Positions 19,164 to 29,492 of a DNA stretch of 64,000 nucleotides are shown in pieces. The notes beneath the pieces were generated by a model. That model made no database searches. It was not told where the DNA came from and was given only the letters and a program-made list of their open reading frames with translations. The stretch's first letter is position 1, and each line of letters opens with the position of its first letter. Source of the DNA: a candidate division FCPU426 bacterium (GTDB lineage Bacteria > Oederibacteriota > Muellerivitia > Muellerivitales > Muellerivitaceae). The stretch lies in assembly GCA_963771075.1 (NCBI GenBank), contig CAVYSE010000011.1:96001-160000 (forward strand), written 5' to 3'. The position numbers and the translations under genes are program-made.

Positions 19164-20324
19164 ATGAATCTTTCTCAAGACCAAATCAAACGCTATACCC
19201 GCCATATTCTCCTGCCGGAGGTGGGGGTGACCGGCCAGAAAAAAATGTTGGAATCCAAGGTCCTGGTGGTGGGGGCGGGCGGATTAGGCTGTCCGATCTC
19301 ACTTTATTTAGCCGCTGCCGGGGTGGGAACCATCGGCTTGGTGGATTTTGACACCGTGGACGCCAGCAACCTGCAACGACAGATACTCTTCACCACCGAG
19401 GACGTGGGAAAACCCAAGGTGGAGGTGGCCGCCAAGCGACTGAAGGCCCTGAACCCCGATGTGGTGGTGAACCCCTACGCCGTGGCCCTCAAGAGCGACA
19501 ACATCCTGGGCATCCTGAAAGATTACGACCTGATCATCGATGGGACGGATAATTTCCCGACCCGCTATCTCACTAACGACGCGGCGGTCCTACAGGGCAA
19601 GCCCAACGTGTACGGTTCGATCTTCCGCTTCGAGGGCCAGGTGACCGTGTTCAAGACTCCCGAGGGGCCCTGCTACCGGTGCCTTTATCCCGAGCCGCCT
19701 CCGCCGGGAGAAGTGCCCTCCTGCGCCGAGGGCGGGGTGATGGGCGCCATGGTGGGGACCGTTGGCGCCATCCAGGCCACCGAGGCCATCAAGCTTATCG
19801 CCGGCATCGGCAAGCCCGCTATCGGCAAGTTCGTCATCTACAACTCGCTCGACATGAATTTCCGTACCCTCAAACTACACAAGGATCCGGCCTGCCCTAT
19901 CTGCGGGCCTAACCGCACCATCCATGAACTGATCGACTACGAGATGTTCTGCGGCATGAAGGTAGAGGATACCCAGACCCAGGAGGTCAAGGTGAACGGA
20001 AAGGAAGAGATCACTGTCTTGGAACTCAAGGTCAAGCGGGACGAGAACCAGGATTTTCTTCTTTTGGATGTGCGCGAGCCCAATGAGTATGAGATCGCCC
20101 ATATTGAGGGCTCGACCCTCCTTCCCTTGTCCCAACTGCCCAGCCGGTTCCATGAACTGGACAAGTTCAAAGGCAAGGAGATTGTGGTGCACTGCAAGAG
20201 CGGTGTGCGCAGCAAAAAAGCGATCCACTTTTTGAAGGAACAAGGGTTTTCGAATCTCGTTAACGTGGCGGGCGGCATCCTGGGTTGGAGCGACCAGGTG
20301 GATTCGTCGGTTCCAAAGTACTAA
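19164..20324 (+). CDS. moeB: MoeB/MoeZ sulfur-carrier adenylyltransferase with a rhodanese domain
   Basis: RYTRHILL, VVGAGGLG, SNLQRQ, CYRC, CPIC and C-terminal HCKSGVRS. Confidence 0.92.
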   Translation: MNLSQDQIKRYTRHILLPEVGVTGQKKMLESKVLVVGAGGLGCPISLYLAAAGVGTIGLVDFDTVDASNLQRQILFTTEDVGKPKVEVAAKRLKALNPDVVVNPYAVALKSDNILGILKDYDLIIDGTDNFPTRYLTNDAAVLQGKPNVYGSIFRFEGQVTVFKTPEGPCYRCLYPEPPPPGEVPSCAEGGVMGAMVGTVGAIQATEAIKLIAGIGKPAIGKFVIYNSLDMNFRTLKLHKDPACPICGPNRTIHELIDYEMFCGMKVEDTQTQEVKVNGKEEITVLELKVKRDENQDFLLLDVREPNEYEIAHIEGSTLLPLSQLPSRFHELDKFKGKEIVVHCKSGVRSKKAIHFLKEQGFSNLVNVAGGILGWSDQVDSSVPKY

Positions 20325-20342
20325 AAACGAAAATAAAAATAC

Positions 20343-20529
20343 TTAGAGACTATAACAATATCCGAGTACTCCAAGTAAGTGCAACACTTAGTGCCTGAAG
20401 AAGGCCGCATTTGGCGGCCACAGAGGCACAGAAAAAAACTTTCTTCATTCAAGTAATCTTAAACCCATTGTCCGGGTTTACTTTGTCCCCTTTCGTTCAA
20501 AAGGCGAAAGAAATCGGGACATCCGTGGC
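20343..20529. mobile_element. Composite MITE-like non-coding element, copy 1
   Basis: Shares TTAGAGACTATAACAATA and ~120 bp of colinear sequence with 30642-30881. Confidence 0.65.
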
Positions 20530-20554
20530 TCATAAATCTTTTTGAAGGAATTGG

Positions 20555-21172
20555 GTGATGCCGCCTGAAGAAACAAAAATAATCGGGATCGCGACCATTC
20601 AATTCGGTTCGTCTTTTAAAGCCCATGTGGATTACCAGACCCTCGAGGAAGACCCCATCGCCCGGGAGCGGGATGAAATCCAGCTTTTTTGCCTCTCCAC
20701 CGCGCGGCTGCTTTTTCTTTTGGGGGAGAATAAACAGGCGGGTATGTTGCTGAGGTATCTTCAACAGGCCATGGGGGATACGGTTACCGCGAAGGGGCTG
20801 TTCAGGCCGGCCATCCTTGGGAAGAAACAAGAACTTTTGTCGACGGCTCCCGAAAAGCCCGAAAAGACTGTGGTCTTAAAGTTGACGCAAGAACCGGACG
20901 GGCGCCTGGCCGAATTAATCCTGCCCCTCGACAACGAGGGCCATACTTATCCGGTGACCTGCGTCTTTTTCCTGCAACATCTCATCCGCACCCTCGGGGA
21001 TCCCTCCCTTTTTTTTCTTATGCTGGTACTGGCGGGGATGATGGAATATTACGAAGCAATAGGAAAAACGAACGACTTAAAGTCATTGGTGGACGCGCCG
21101 GTCTACGGTTTTTCCGGGGCCACCCGCACGATTGATGAGGAGAGACGGAAAGGCCAAACACCCCGACCCTAA
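20555..21172 (+). CDS. Hypothetical protein
   Basis: 205-aa ORF with RBS GAAGGA and host-like codons. Confidence 0.7.
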   Translation: MMPPEETKIIGIATIQFGSSFKAHVDYQTLEEDPIARERDEIQLFCLSTARLLFLLGENKQAGMLLRYLQQAMGDTVTAKGLFRPAILGKKQELLSTAPEKPEKTVVLKLTQEPDGRLAELILPLDNEGHTYPVTCVFFLQHLIRTLGDPSLFFLMLVLAGMMEYYEAIGKTNDLKSLVDAPVYGFSGATRTIDEERRKGQTPRP

Positions 21173-22080
21173 TTCTCCTTTTTTTCCACACTCAGGAAAT
21201 GAAGCGCTTCCCTTGTCTCATCCGGGTCCTTATTCAGCGCCACGACCCTCTTGAAATAAATCCGAGCCGCTTTTTTCTTCCCCAAACTCGCCAGGAGACG
21301 ACCGATATTGCCCAGGACCATACAATTGGTTTCATCCCGGTTAAAAGCGAACAACAGGTACTTCAAGGCATACCGGGAATTGCCTTGAAATTGAAACGAG
21401 ACTGCCAGGGCGTTGTAGCTTAAGGGATCCCGACCGTTGAAGGTCATGGCCAGCCGGGCCAGCCGGGCCGCCTTGGCCGCTTGGCCGGGACCTAAGCTGA
21501 AATAATAAGCCTCCGCCTCCATGAGGGCGTTTGCCAGAAGGATCTTGGGGGGTGCGGGGGCTTCTTTCCCCGGAATCCATTTGCAAATATCGTCATTCCG
21601 GTCGTTTTTTTGTAGGGTTTGGGCCAGGAGGGCGTATTGGTCCTCGAACCGTCCGAGCGCCTGGTCCACTCGCGATAAACCCAACACGAGGTCCAAACGA
21701 TCCGGTAGGTTTTGCAGGGCGTGGTTCCAGGATTTGTCCACGGATAATAAAACTTCCCGGTTCCAACGGACCGGGGGAGGAGTCAGGTTCCAATAAGGAT
21801 ACTTAAGAAAAGGTGTTTCGCTCTGGTCAAGGGGTTCCCCTTCCTTCAGGGCGGCCTGGGACCAATCCAAATATCCTTGTGCGGCTGGAATTTCCATATC
21901 CTTGGGAGAATAGGATTTCCATTCCCGAAGCGTCTTTTCCATTCCCTTTTTATCATTGGAATCTTTTTGGGAATAAAAGCGGTCAATGAAATCGCGATCC
22001 GGTGGAAGAGCCCAAAGGGGATCGACCGCGGCGAGTAAACCGGCGAGAGCAAAGGCCCATCGTAAAGATAAGGCCTTCAT
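21169..22080 (-). CDS. Secreted TPR-containing protein
   Basis: Signal peptide and C-terminal TPR-like helices (YNALA...A...Y...A; LGNIG...G...A...F). Confidence 0.7.
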   Translation of the reverse strand: MKALSLRWAFALAGLLAAVDPLWALPPDRDFIDRFYSQKDSNDKKGMEKTLREWKSYSPKDMEIPAAQGYLDWSQAALKEGEPLDQSETPFLKYPYWNLTPPPVRWNREVLLSVDKSWNHALQNLPDRLDLVLGLSRVDQALGRFEDQYALLAQTLQKNDRNDDICKWIPGKEAPAPPKILLANALMEAEAYYFSLGPGQAAKAARLARLAMTFNGRDPLSYNALAVSFQFQGNSRYALKYLLFAFNRDETNCMVLGNIGRLLASLGKKKAARIYFKRVVALNKDPDETREALHFLSVEKKEN

Positions 22081-22586
22081 CCAAATAGTTTATGGATCAG
22101 GGAGGAGTTCTTGGTTTCAAGGGTGTAGTAAACCAGGTAGACCAGCCCGGAGAGGATCACCAAAAGGTTGATGAGGCTGGAGATGCCATGGGCCTTTCCA
22201 AATTCCTTGCTTAAGCTTTCCGCCTGGACCGTGTTCTTGGCTTCCGCGGCGGCGATGCGGTCCACCCTCAATTGAGCGGTTTTGGGGCCGATCCACATCC
22301 CTTGGGCCAAGGAGAACAATAGCATGAGATAAAGGGCGGTTATCTTGACGCAATCCTGGGGGTCGTTAGGTTTGATGGGATGGAGAAAGTGATAGGTAAC
22401 GATCATTACCAGTCCGCAGGTGTAGCTGATATAGTAAAAAGGGGGGAAGAGCTTGCTTTGAACCAAGCCGAAAAGGTCGCGGGGAAGGGTCTTGAAGAGG
22501 ACCGGCGCCTGGATGAAAGTAAAATAAAGCAGGGTGCCGTACCAGAAGACGAATGTGAAAAGATGCAAAAAACGGAGAAAGGCCAT
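22077..22586 (-). CDS. DUF4149 / TMEM205-like membrane protein
   Basis: APVLFKTLPRDLFGLVQSKLFP and FGKAHGISSLINL. Confidence 0.88.
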   Translation of the reverse strand: MAFLRFLHLFTFVFWYGTLLYFTFIQAPVLFKTLPRDLFGLVQSKLFPPFYYISYTCGLVMIVTYHFLHPIKPNDPQDCVKITALYLMLLFSLAQGMWIGPKTAQLRVDRIAAAEAKNTVQAESLSKEFGKAHGISSLINLLVILSGLVYLVYYTLETKNSSLIHKLFG

Positions 22587-22665
22587 GGAGCCCCCTTGAC
22601 GGAACTGGGGTTATTCTATGCGAGCCACACCCCGCAATCAACGCGGGTTCCTGAAGGGGAGGGAG

Positions 22666-23010
22666 ATGCCTGAAAACTCACCGAAAGCCAAGATCCATTT
22701 TCTAAAATCGGGACAATCATGCGAAGTGGAGGGAGGGGATACGCTGGTGGACGCCACCTTCCGCTTTGACCTGCCCATCCGGTATCGGTGCGAGCGGGCC
22801 GTCTGCGCCACATGCCTGACGGAAGTTTTGGGAGGGATGGAAAATCTTTCGCCACCCACGGATAGGGAAAGGCAAACCCTGGCTTCGATCCAGGCGAAGC
22901 CCACATGGAGGCTGGCCTGCCAATGCCAGGTGCTGGGGGACGTGAAGTTGGATTACATCCCCATCACGGACGAAAGAAGGCGCGCCAACCCGAACCCGGA
23001 ACAGTTATAG
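22666..23010 (+). CDS. 2Fe-2S ferredoxin
   Basis: CERAVCATC ... RLACQ. Confidence 0.9.
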   Translation: MPENSPKAKIHFLKSGQSCEVEGGDTLVDATFRFDLPIRYRCERAVCATCLTEVLGGMENLSPPTDRERQTLASIQAKPTWRLACQCQVLGDVKLDYIPITDERRRANPNPEQL

Positions 23011-23457
23011 GGCTTCCAATACCTCGTCCACATGGCCTTTGACGCTCACCGGCGACCAAACCTTTTTGACCTTGCCGTCCTTGCCGATGAGGAATGTGGA
23101 CCGCACGATCCCCATGAACTCCCGGCCCATGAATTTCTTTTTCTGCCAGACGCCGTAAGCCTTCAACATTTCCTTTTTCTCGTCGGAGAGAAGGGTGAAG
23201 GGAAGTCCGTATTTTTCCTTGAAGGCCTGGTGTTTTTTCACTGGGTCCGCGCTGACTCCCAACACGACCGCGCCCTTCTTCTTGACCCTTTCCCAGTTAT
23301 CGCGGAAGTCGCAGGCTTCCTGGGTGCAGCCTGGGGTCATGTCCTTAGGATAAAAATAAAGCACGACCGGGTTGCCTTTGAAGTTTTTTAAGGAGACCTT
23401 TTCACCCCTGTCGTTTTCCAGGGAAAAGTCGGGAGCTTTTGAACCCTCTTGAATCAT
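23005..23457 (-). CDS. bcp: Thioredoxin-dependent peroxiredoxin (BCP)
   Basis: [20 protein letters not shown]. Confidence 0.95.
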   Translation of the reverse strand: MIQEGSKAPDFSLENDRGEKVSLKNFKGNPVVLYFYPKDMTPGCTQEACDFRDNWERVKKKGAVVLGVSADPVKKHQAFKEKYGLPFTLLSDEKKEMLKAYGVWQKKKFMGREFMGIVRSTFLIGKDGKVKKVWSPVSVKGHVDEVLEAL

Positions 23458-23539
23458 GGATAGCCTCTTGACGCATATTCGTGGCACCTAGGGAATCCGA
23501 GTTTCGTCAAAATCGGCCATGAGAATCCAGATACGGAAG

Positions 23540-23720
23540 GTGTAAAAATTGTTAAAAATGTGTAAATTATGACACTTATAAGACAATATTGACCTTTTTT
23601 GAGAGTTTATATACTTTGATAAAAAATAATAACTGTATTTTTTACATTATTTTACAATGTTTTTAAGCGACATTATCTTTTTTTATATAACTTTAAAGGT
23701 ACAGTCGCTATACTTTCATA
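23540..23720. promoter_or_regulatory. AT-rich divergent control region with repeated TGTAAA/TTTACA motifs
   Basis: Two TGTAAA, two TTTACA and the near-palindrome GTGTAAATTATGACAC. Confidence 0.45.
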
Positions 23721-23797
23721 TAAGAATCTTTTGACCTACAAAGGACGCTTTTTCCTAGCCCACTCAAGTAAGGTGCAAAAGAATTGGGGAGACGAAC

Positions 23798-24466
23798 ATG
23801 AATTTTTATTTTTCGCTTTTTCAGCTTATTGAAACCGTTGAATCTTTGGGCCGTAATGTCCAGCACCTGGCCAGCCGGGCCCTGCGCATCAGCCCCCGGG
23901 ACGCCCGGGCCAACCGCGAACTTCTCGAGCAATGCGAAATGAAGATCAACGAAGTCAAGGTGCTCCTGAACAACAAAACCCACATCAGCAAGATCACCCT
24001 TCGTAAGGCAGCCCTCCTTTTCCAGGTTTTGGACCTCTTTTACCGCCGCCTGTTGGTGCTTTCCAGCGCCACGGCCACGGTCGGCCAGGAAGATGAGGTT
24101 TCGATCAAATTACTTTGGCAGCTCTTGGCCTCCGCGCAAAAACATTACCAGGTCATCGTGAAGACGCTTTATGACTTGACCGGGATTCCGGTGACTTTGA
24201 CGGTCACGGGCCACTTAACCGAGCCGACTGACGCCGCTTCCTTCCAGGGTCTTTTGCAAAAAGAAGTGTCCCTCCAGCAGGAATCCCTGAAGCAGTTGGA
24301 AAAAGCCATCGAGGTGTTCGGCGAGGAACAAGAATTGGCCGACAGGCTTTCCTTGATCCGCAAGGATCTCCTGGAAATGAAGAAGCGCTTCAAACAATAT
24401 GCCGCTCCCGTATCGGGGGAGAAGAACGAATCGGCGTCCCTTCCCCCGAGCTTGTCCAAGAATTAA
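23798..24466 (+). CDS. Hypothetical helical protein; C-half resembles a degenerate ferritin-like bundle
   Basis: KHYQVIVKTLYDLTGIP...LLQKEVSLQQESLKQLEKAI parallels the bacterioferritin helix B-loop-helix C pattern. Confidence 0.7.
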   Translation: MNFYFSLFQLIETVESLGRNVQHLASRALRISPRDARANRELLEQCEMKINEVKVLLNNKTHISKITLRKAALLFQVLDLFYRRLLVLSSATATVGQEDEVSIKLLWQLLASAQKHYQVIVKTLYDLTGIPVTLTVTGHLTEPTDAASFQGLLQKEVSLQQESLKQLEKAIEVFGEEQELADRLSLIRKDLLEMKKRFKQYAAPVSGEKNESASLPPSLSKN

Positions 24467-24507
24467 GATTTGATCTTGGATTTGATCTTGTTGATGGCGG
24501 AAACGGT

Positions 24508-25806
24508 TTGAGCCCCCGGCGTTTCCGTCCTCCCGCCCTCTATACCAAGGCTCCCTTTTTGAGGGAAGTTTTGGATGGACTGCCAGAGTCGGTCAAGATC
24601 ATCGACACGCAGTTTCGGTTGGTTTTCGCCAACAGCCTCTCCCGCCAAAACCTGGGAAAAAGCCTGGATGAGCTCAGGGGGCTTCCTTGCCACAAGGCCT
24701 TTTACGGCTTCGCGGAGAAGTGCTTTTTCTGCAACGCCAAAAAAGTTTTCGAATCGGGCCAGCCCCACTTGGGTTACACCACCCTGGCGGTGCGCGGCGC
24801 CAACCGGGAATTTCAAGTTTCCATTTTCCCCCTTTGGGACGGCACCCGGCGGAAAGTCGATTACGTCGTGGAGGTTGTAAAGGATATCACCGAAATCTCC
24901 AAGGGAGCGCCCATGCCGCAAAACGCGGGCAGCATCAGCAGCCGCGACAAGCGTTTCCAGTTGGTTTTTGAGCAAATGGCCCATTGGGCCGACGATGGAT
25001 GGCCGGTGTTGCTCCAGGGCGAGAAGGGAACGGGAAAAAAATCCTTCGCGAGGGCGTTGCACCAAAGGTCCCGCCGGGCGGAATCCGGGTTCCACGTTTT
25101 TCATTGCCTTGATAACTCCGAGGGGGATTACCGCGATGGGCTTTTCGGTCCCGGAGGAGCATGGGAAAAGGCGGCGGGTGGAACCCTCTACCTGGATGAG
25201 ATTTGCAATTTGGGGGAAGCCAGCCAGGAGCAATTAGCTTCCCTTTTAGCCAAGCCCGCCGGAGCCAAGGAACCCAGGGTCGTGGCGTCGACGCGGCAGG
25301 ATATTGAACAACTGGTGCACCAGGAAGTCATCCGGCTGGACCTATTCAACCGGTTCGCTTCCCGCGCCCTGAGGCTGCCTTCCCTGCGGGAACGCCCACA
25401 GGACCTTCCTTTTTTGGCCCAGCATTTCATCGAGACCTACCGCGTGGTCACGGGTTCCCCGGCCCAGAAACTGGGCCCCCAAGCCATGGCCCAATTGATG
25501 GCCTATCCCTGGCCCGGGAACCTCCGGGAACTGGAAACCCAGGTCGAGCGGGCCTGCCTAATGGCCGCCAGCTCGCAGATCGAGAAGCTGGACGTAGGGA
25601 TTCATCTCCCCGCGGGAGAAAAGCTTGGGGAGCGGATGGACCTGACCGAAAGGGCTTACCTGGCGGATACCCTGGCGAAGACCAAGGGAAAGGTCCGGGA
25701 GACGGCCAAGCTGGCGGGTTTGAGCCCCAAAACCCTCCAGCGAAAGATGCGTAAGTATGGCCTCAAACCTGAGGATTATCGGCGCCTTCCTGATTCCACT
25801 CCCTGA
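24508..25806 (+). CDS. PAS-AAA+-Fis HTH NtrC-family regulator lacking GAFTGA
   Basis: PAS with CHKAFY...CFFC, GEKGTGK, GGTLYLDEI, WPGNLREL and a C-terminal HTH. Confidence 0.88.
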   Translation: MSPRRFRPPALYTKAPFLREVLDGLPESVKIIDTQFRLVFANSLSRQNLGKSLDELRGLPCHKAFYGFAEKCFFCNAKKVFESGQPHLGYTTLAVRGANREFQVSIFPLWDGTRRKVDYVVEVVKDITEISKGAPMPQNAGSISSRDKRFQLVFEQMAHWADDGWPVLLQGEKGTGKKSFARALHQRSRRAESGFHVFHCLDNSEGDYRDGLFGPGGAWEKAAGGTLYLDEICNLGEASQEQLASLLAKPAGAKEPRVVASTRQDIEQLVHQEVIRLDLFNRFASRALRLPSLRERPQDLPFLAQHFIETYRVVTGSPAQKLGPQAMAQLMAYPWPGNLRELETQVERACLMAASSQIEKLDVGIHLPAGEKLGERMDLTERAYLADTLAKTKGKVRETAKLAGLSPKTLQRKMRKYGLKPEDYRRLPDSTP

Positions 25807-25902
25807 GAATCTTTCTCAACCTTGCCGTGGGTTTCCATTCGGACAATTGCCAAAAAGATTTTTCTTCCGACACGATTCGTCCAAGATTCATTTTCGGCTT
25901 TC

Positions 25903-25931
25903 TTGACGCCCCATTTTCTCCACCTTAAACT
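25903..25931 (+). promoter_or_regulatory. Sigma70-like promoter of icd
   Basis: TTGACG-N17-TAAACT. Confidence 0.55.
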
Positions 25932-25995
25932 GCCAACGCATTTCTTTTTCGGGTCGGTTCTTGGACCCACTATCGTTTTTTAGGGGAGGCCGGTC

Positions 25996-27255
25996 TTGTC
26001 ATATTCTTATAAAAATGTCCAGGCGCCGAAAGGCGAGAAGGTTACGATCCAGAACGGGATCCTGAGGGTTCCCGATAATCCGATACTGCCTTTTATCGAA
26101 GGCGATGGAACTGGGCCCGATATTTGGCGCGCCTCGGTCCGCATTTTCGACGCCGCCGTGGAGAAAGCCTTTAAAGGGAAGAAAAAGATTTCTTGGTTCG
26201 AGGTTTTTGCCGGCCAGACCGCGTTCGACAAGTTCCAGAACTGGCTTCCCGACGATACCGTCGAGGCTTTCCGCGAATACCTGGTGGGCATTAAGGGCCC
26301 TTTGACGACCCCCGTGGGCGGGGGCATCCGGTCCCTCAACGTGGCCCTGCGCCAAATGCTTGACCTTTACGTTTGCCTTCGCCCGGTGCGCTATTTCCAG
26401 GGGGTGCCCTCTCCCGTCAAGCGTCCCGAGAAGGTGGATATGGTGATCTTCCGCGAGAACACCGAGGACATCTACGCCGGCATCGAGTGGCAGGAAGGCA
26501 CTCCCGAAGCCAAGAAGGTGATCGAATTCCTGCAAAAGGAAATGGGCGTCACAAAGATCCGTTTCCCCCAATCCTCGGGTATCGGCATCAAGCCGGTTTC
26601 CAAGGATGGGACGGAGCGGTTGGTGCGCGCGGCGATCCAATACGCCATTAAGAAAAAACGCAAGAGCGTGAATTTCGTGCACAAGGGCAACATCATGAAA
26701 TTCACCGAGGGCGCTTTCCGCGATTGGGGTTACGCCCTGGCCAAGAACGAGTTTGGCGCGGTGGAGCTGGATGGCGGGCCCTGGTGCAAGATCCCGGAAG
26801 GTAAGCCGGGCGCGGGCATCGTCATTAAGGATTCCATCGCCGATATCACCCTCCAGCAAACCCTGACCCGACCCGATGAGTTCGACGTCATCGCCACCCT
26901 CAACCTGAACGGCGACTACCTTTCGGACGCCCTGGCGGCCCAGGTCGGCGGCATCGGAATCGCCCCGGGCGGCAACATCAACTACGTATCGGGCCACGCG
27001 ATTTTCGAGGCCACCCACGGCACCGCACCCAAGTACGCTAACCTGGACAAGGTCAACCCGGGTTCGGTCGTTCTTTCGGGCGTCATGATGTTCGAGTATT
27101 TGGGCTGGCAGGAAGTGGCCGACCTGATCGTGAAGTCGCTGGACAAGACGATCGGACAGAGGGTGGTCACTTATGACTTCGCCCGCCTGACCGAGGGCGC
27201 GAAGGAAGTGAAATGCTCCGAGTTCGCCACGGCCGTCATCGCCAACATGGGATAA
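25996..27255 (+). CDS. icd: NADP-dependent isocitrate dehydrogenase
   Basis: [38 protein letters not shown] and [11 protein letters not shown]. Confidence 0.97.
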   Translation: MSYSYKNVQAPKGEKVTIQNGILRVPDNPILPFIEGDGTGPDIWRASVRIFDAAVEKAFKGKKKISWFEVFAGQTAFDKFQNWLPDDTVEAFREYLVGIKGPLTTPVGGGIRSLNVALRQMLDLYVCLRPVRYFQGVPSPVKRPEKVDMVIFRENTEDIYAGIEWQEGTPEAKKVIEFLQKEMGVTKIRFPQSSGIGIKPVSKDGTERLVRAAIQYAIKKKRKSVNFVHKGNIMKFTEGAFRDWGYALAKNEFGAVELDGGPWCKIPEGKPGAGIVIKDSIADITLQQTLTRPDEFDVIATLNLNGDYLSDALAAQVGGIGIAPGGNINYVSGHAIFEATHGTAPKYANLDKVNPGSVVLSGVMMFEYLGWQEVADLIVKSLDKTIGQRVVTYDFARLTEGAKEVKCSEFATAVIANMG

Positions 27256-27314
27256 GGGTATTGAGCTTGAAAATATAAATAATTCTGACTTTAATTGGGC
27301 CTTTCAATGGAATA

Positions 27315-27962
27315 ATGAAAGGCCCTTTTTCTTTGAACCCCAAGCTTGTCATCCTCTTCGACCTCGACGGGACCCTGACCTACGGCGTTTCCACGACCCG
27401 TTATATTTTCCGGCATATGGGTGCCGAGGATTATTTCCGGCGTTTGGAAGAGGATTGGCTGGTGGAAAAGACCGATCACCTGACGCTGGCGAAAAAAGTG
27501 ACCCGGCGAATGAGGGGCTGGAAGATGACGGACATCCATCGCGCCCTGGCCCGGATACCGAAGATGAAAGGTATCCGTGAAACGGTGGGAACCCTAAAGA
27601 AAAGAGGGCATATCGTCGCTCTCTCCACACTGGGTTACGAGTTGTCCGCCCGATTTTTCCAGGACCTTTATGGTTTTGACGAGGCGAAGGGAACTAAGCT
27701 GGAAATCAAAAAAGGCCGGGTCACCGGCCGGGGCATGAAAATATTTGAGGAACATGAGAAGTCCCTTTTCCTCAAGGCCCTGGCCAAGCGGCACAGGGTT
27801 CCCTTGAAGAACACGGTCGCCCTGGGGGACAGCCGGTCGGACCGGGAGGTTTTCAAGGTGGCGGGAAAAAGGATCGCCGTCAACCCCGACCGGTTCCTTC
27901 ACGGCAAGGGAGATTGGGAAATAAAGGGCCGGGATTTGAGGTCTATCCTGGAGCACCTATGA
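27315..27962 (+). CDS. HAD-IB phosphatase (SerB-like)
   Basis: FDLDGTL, LST, K and GDSRSD. Confidence 0.85.
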   Translation: MKGPFSLNPKLVILFDLDGTLTYGVSTTRYIFRHMGAEDYFRRLEEDWLVEKTDHLTLAKKVTRRMRGWKMTDIHRALARIPKMKGIRETVGTLKKRGHIVALSTLGYELSARFFQDLYGFDEAKGTKLEIKKGRVTGRGMKIFEEHEKSLFLKALAKRHRVPLKNTVALGDSRSDREVFKVAGKRIAVNPDRFLHGKGDWEIKGRDLRSILEHL

Positions 27963-27980
27963 ACCTAAAAACAGCAGTTA

Positions 27981-28078
27981 AACCGCGAAGACGCGAAGAA
28001 AAACAAAAAAACTCTAAAACCAAATATTTGGGTTTTTGTATTTATTTTGAAAAATCTTTCCTTCGCGACTTCGCGGTG
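27981..28078. repeat. REP-like inverted repeat (CGCGAAG units)
   Basis: AACCGCGAAGACGCGAAG ... CTTCGCGACTTCGCGGTG. Confidence 0.8.
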
Positions 28079-28085
28079 AATATTT

Positions 28086-28991
28086 ATGAAGTTTAAACGG
28101 AACGGCATTCTGCTGATGAGCCTCTCGGGAATCCTTTTCGGTTTCCTGCCCATTCTCGTGAAATGGGGAAACCAACATGACCTCGGGGCGGTCCAAACTT
28201 GCTTCTGCCGGTTCGTCATCTCGCTCTTAGGGATCGCCCTCCTTCATTATTACGGCCCCCAAAAGATCAAGATCGTAAACCTCGAGGCCCTGCTCTGGCG
28301 GGGCATCCTGGGGGGGCTGACGGTCATTCTTTATTTCATGACCCTCCAATTAACCACCGCGGCCAAGGGCACCCTGCTCAATTACACCTATTCCATCTGG
28401 GCCAATGTTTTCGGGGTTCTTTTCCTCAAGCACAAACCGCCTAAGGGTTTTGCCCTGATCCTCCTCATGGCGGCGGCGGGGGTCTGGCTGGTACTGGGGG
28501 TGCGATTCGACCAATTTACATGGGGAGACCTGACCGGCGTCTTGTCCGGGATGGTGGCGGGAGGGGGTGTGGCCGCGATCAAGGTGGCGCGAAAAACCGA
28601 TAACGCCCTGACCGTCTTCGGAAGTTTTTCCTTCTTCGGTTTTTTCTTTTCCGGGTTGGGGCTTCTTCTCTTTCCGCTTTTGGGGGGATTTTTCCGGGCC
28701 CTCGGGGGGTTCCATCCCTTGGACACCATGGGGCTTGGCATTCTCCTGCTCATGGGCCTTTGCGCGATGGGGGCCCAGCTTTTGTTCACCCACGGATATG
28801 GCTATACCAGCTTTTCGATGGGCACCCTTTTATCCCTCCTAACTCCCATCCTGGCGGCCCTGTTGGGCTGGGTTTGGCTGGGGGAACCGCTCACACCCCA
28901 TTTTATCCTGGGGACCCTATTGGTGCTGGGATCCTGCCTTATCTTGGGTTGGCAGGAAGGAAGCCCAAAAAATCAGCTGGCAAGCCTGTAA
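28086..28991 (+). CDS. DMT/EamA family transporter
   Basis: About 10 TM segments in two EamA repeats; P...A...LGE. Confidence 0.88.
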   Translation: MKFKRNGILLMSLSGILFGFLPILVKWGNQHDLGAVQTCFCRFVISLLGIALLHYYGPQKIKIVNLEALLWRGILGGLTVILYFMTLQLTTAAKGTLLNYTYSIWANVFGVLFLKHKPPKGFALILLMAAAGVWLVLGVRFDQFTWGDLTGVLSGMVAGGGVAAIKVARKTDNALTVFGSFSFFGFFFSGLGLLLFPLLGGFFRALGGFHPLDTMGLGILLLMGLCAMGAQLLFTHGYGYTSFSMGTLLSLLTPILAALLGWVWLGEPLTPHFILGTLLVLGSCLILGWQEGSPKNQLASL

Positions 28992-29048
28992 AAAACAACC
29001 TAAGCTCAGGCTATAATTCAATAAATCCATTTCAATAAAGGGCTCCTT

Positions 29049-29492
29049 ATGCCATCCAAAAGAGGCTGGATCGAGAAACGCCAACATGAGCGCATTGTCG
29101 CGACCGTCAAGGTCGATTACCGGCTGGTCAACCCCAAGGAATCCAAGGCGGTTTTGGACCATGTGGACTACAAAAGCACAACCGTGGAGCAATTACCCGC
29201 CCTTTCCCACAAGTCGGCCCTTTACCACGCGGTGACCAAGGACATATCCCTGGGCGGGTTGGCGCTCCTGGGGGAGCAGGAATTTCCAATCGGCACGGTG
29301 GTGGAGATCGGCCTTCACCTGCCCCGGTATGAGACGGTCCTGAAATTCCTGGCCAAGGTGGTCCGCACCGAATCCTTCATCGAGATGGGCCGGACCGTCC
29401 ATCGTGCCGGGGTTCAAACCATCGCCATCAACCAGGATGACCTCATGAGGATCGAGAAATACCTGATCAACCTGGCCAAGAAGAACCGTTGA
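29049..29492 (+). CDS. PilZ domain protein
   Basis: RxxxR (KRQHER) and DxSxGG (DISLGG). Confidence 0.88.
   Translation: MPSKRGWIEKRQHERIVATVKVDYRLVNPKESKAVLDHVDYKSTTVEQLPALSHKSALYHAVTKDISLGGLALLGEQEFPIGTVVEIGLHLPRYETVLKFLAKVVRTESFIEMGRTVHRAGVQTIAINQDDLMRIEKYLINLAKKNR

Noticed and set aside
23660..23695. Possible dif (XerCD) site or oriC in the AT-rich region
   Set aside because: Only a loose resemblance to the XerD arm, with no clustered DnaA boxes or origin-linked genes.
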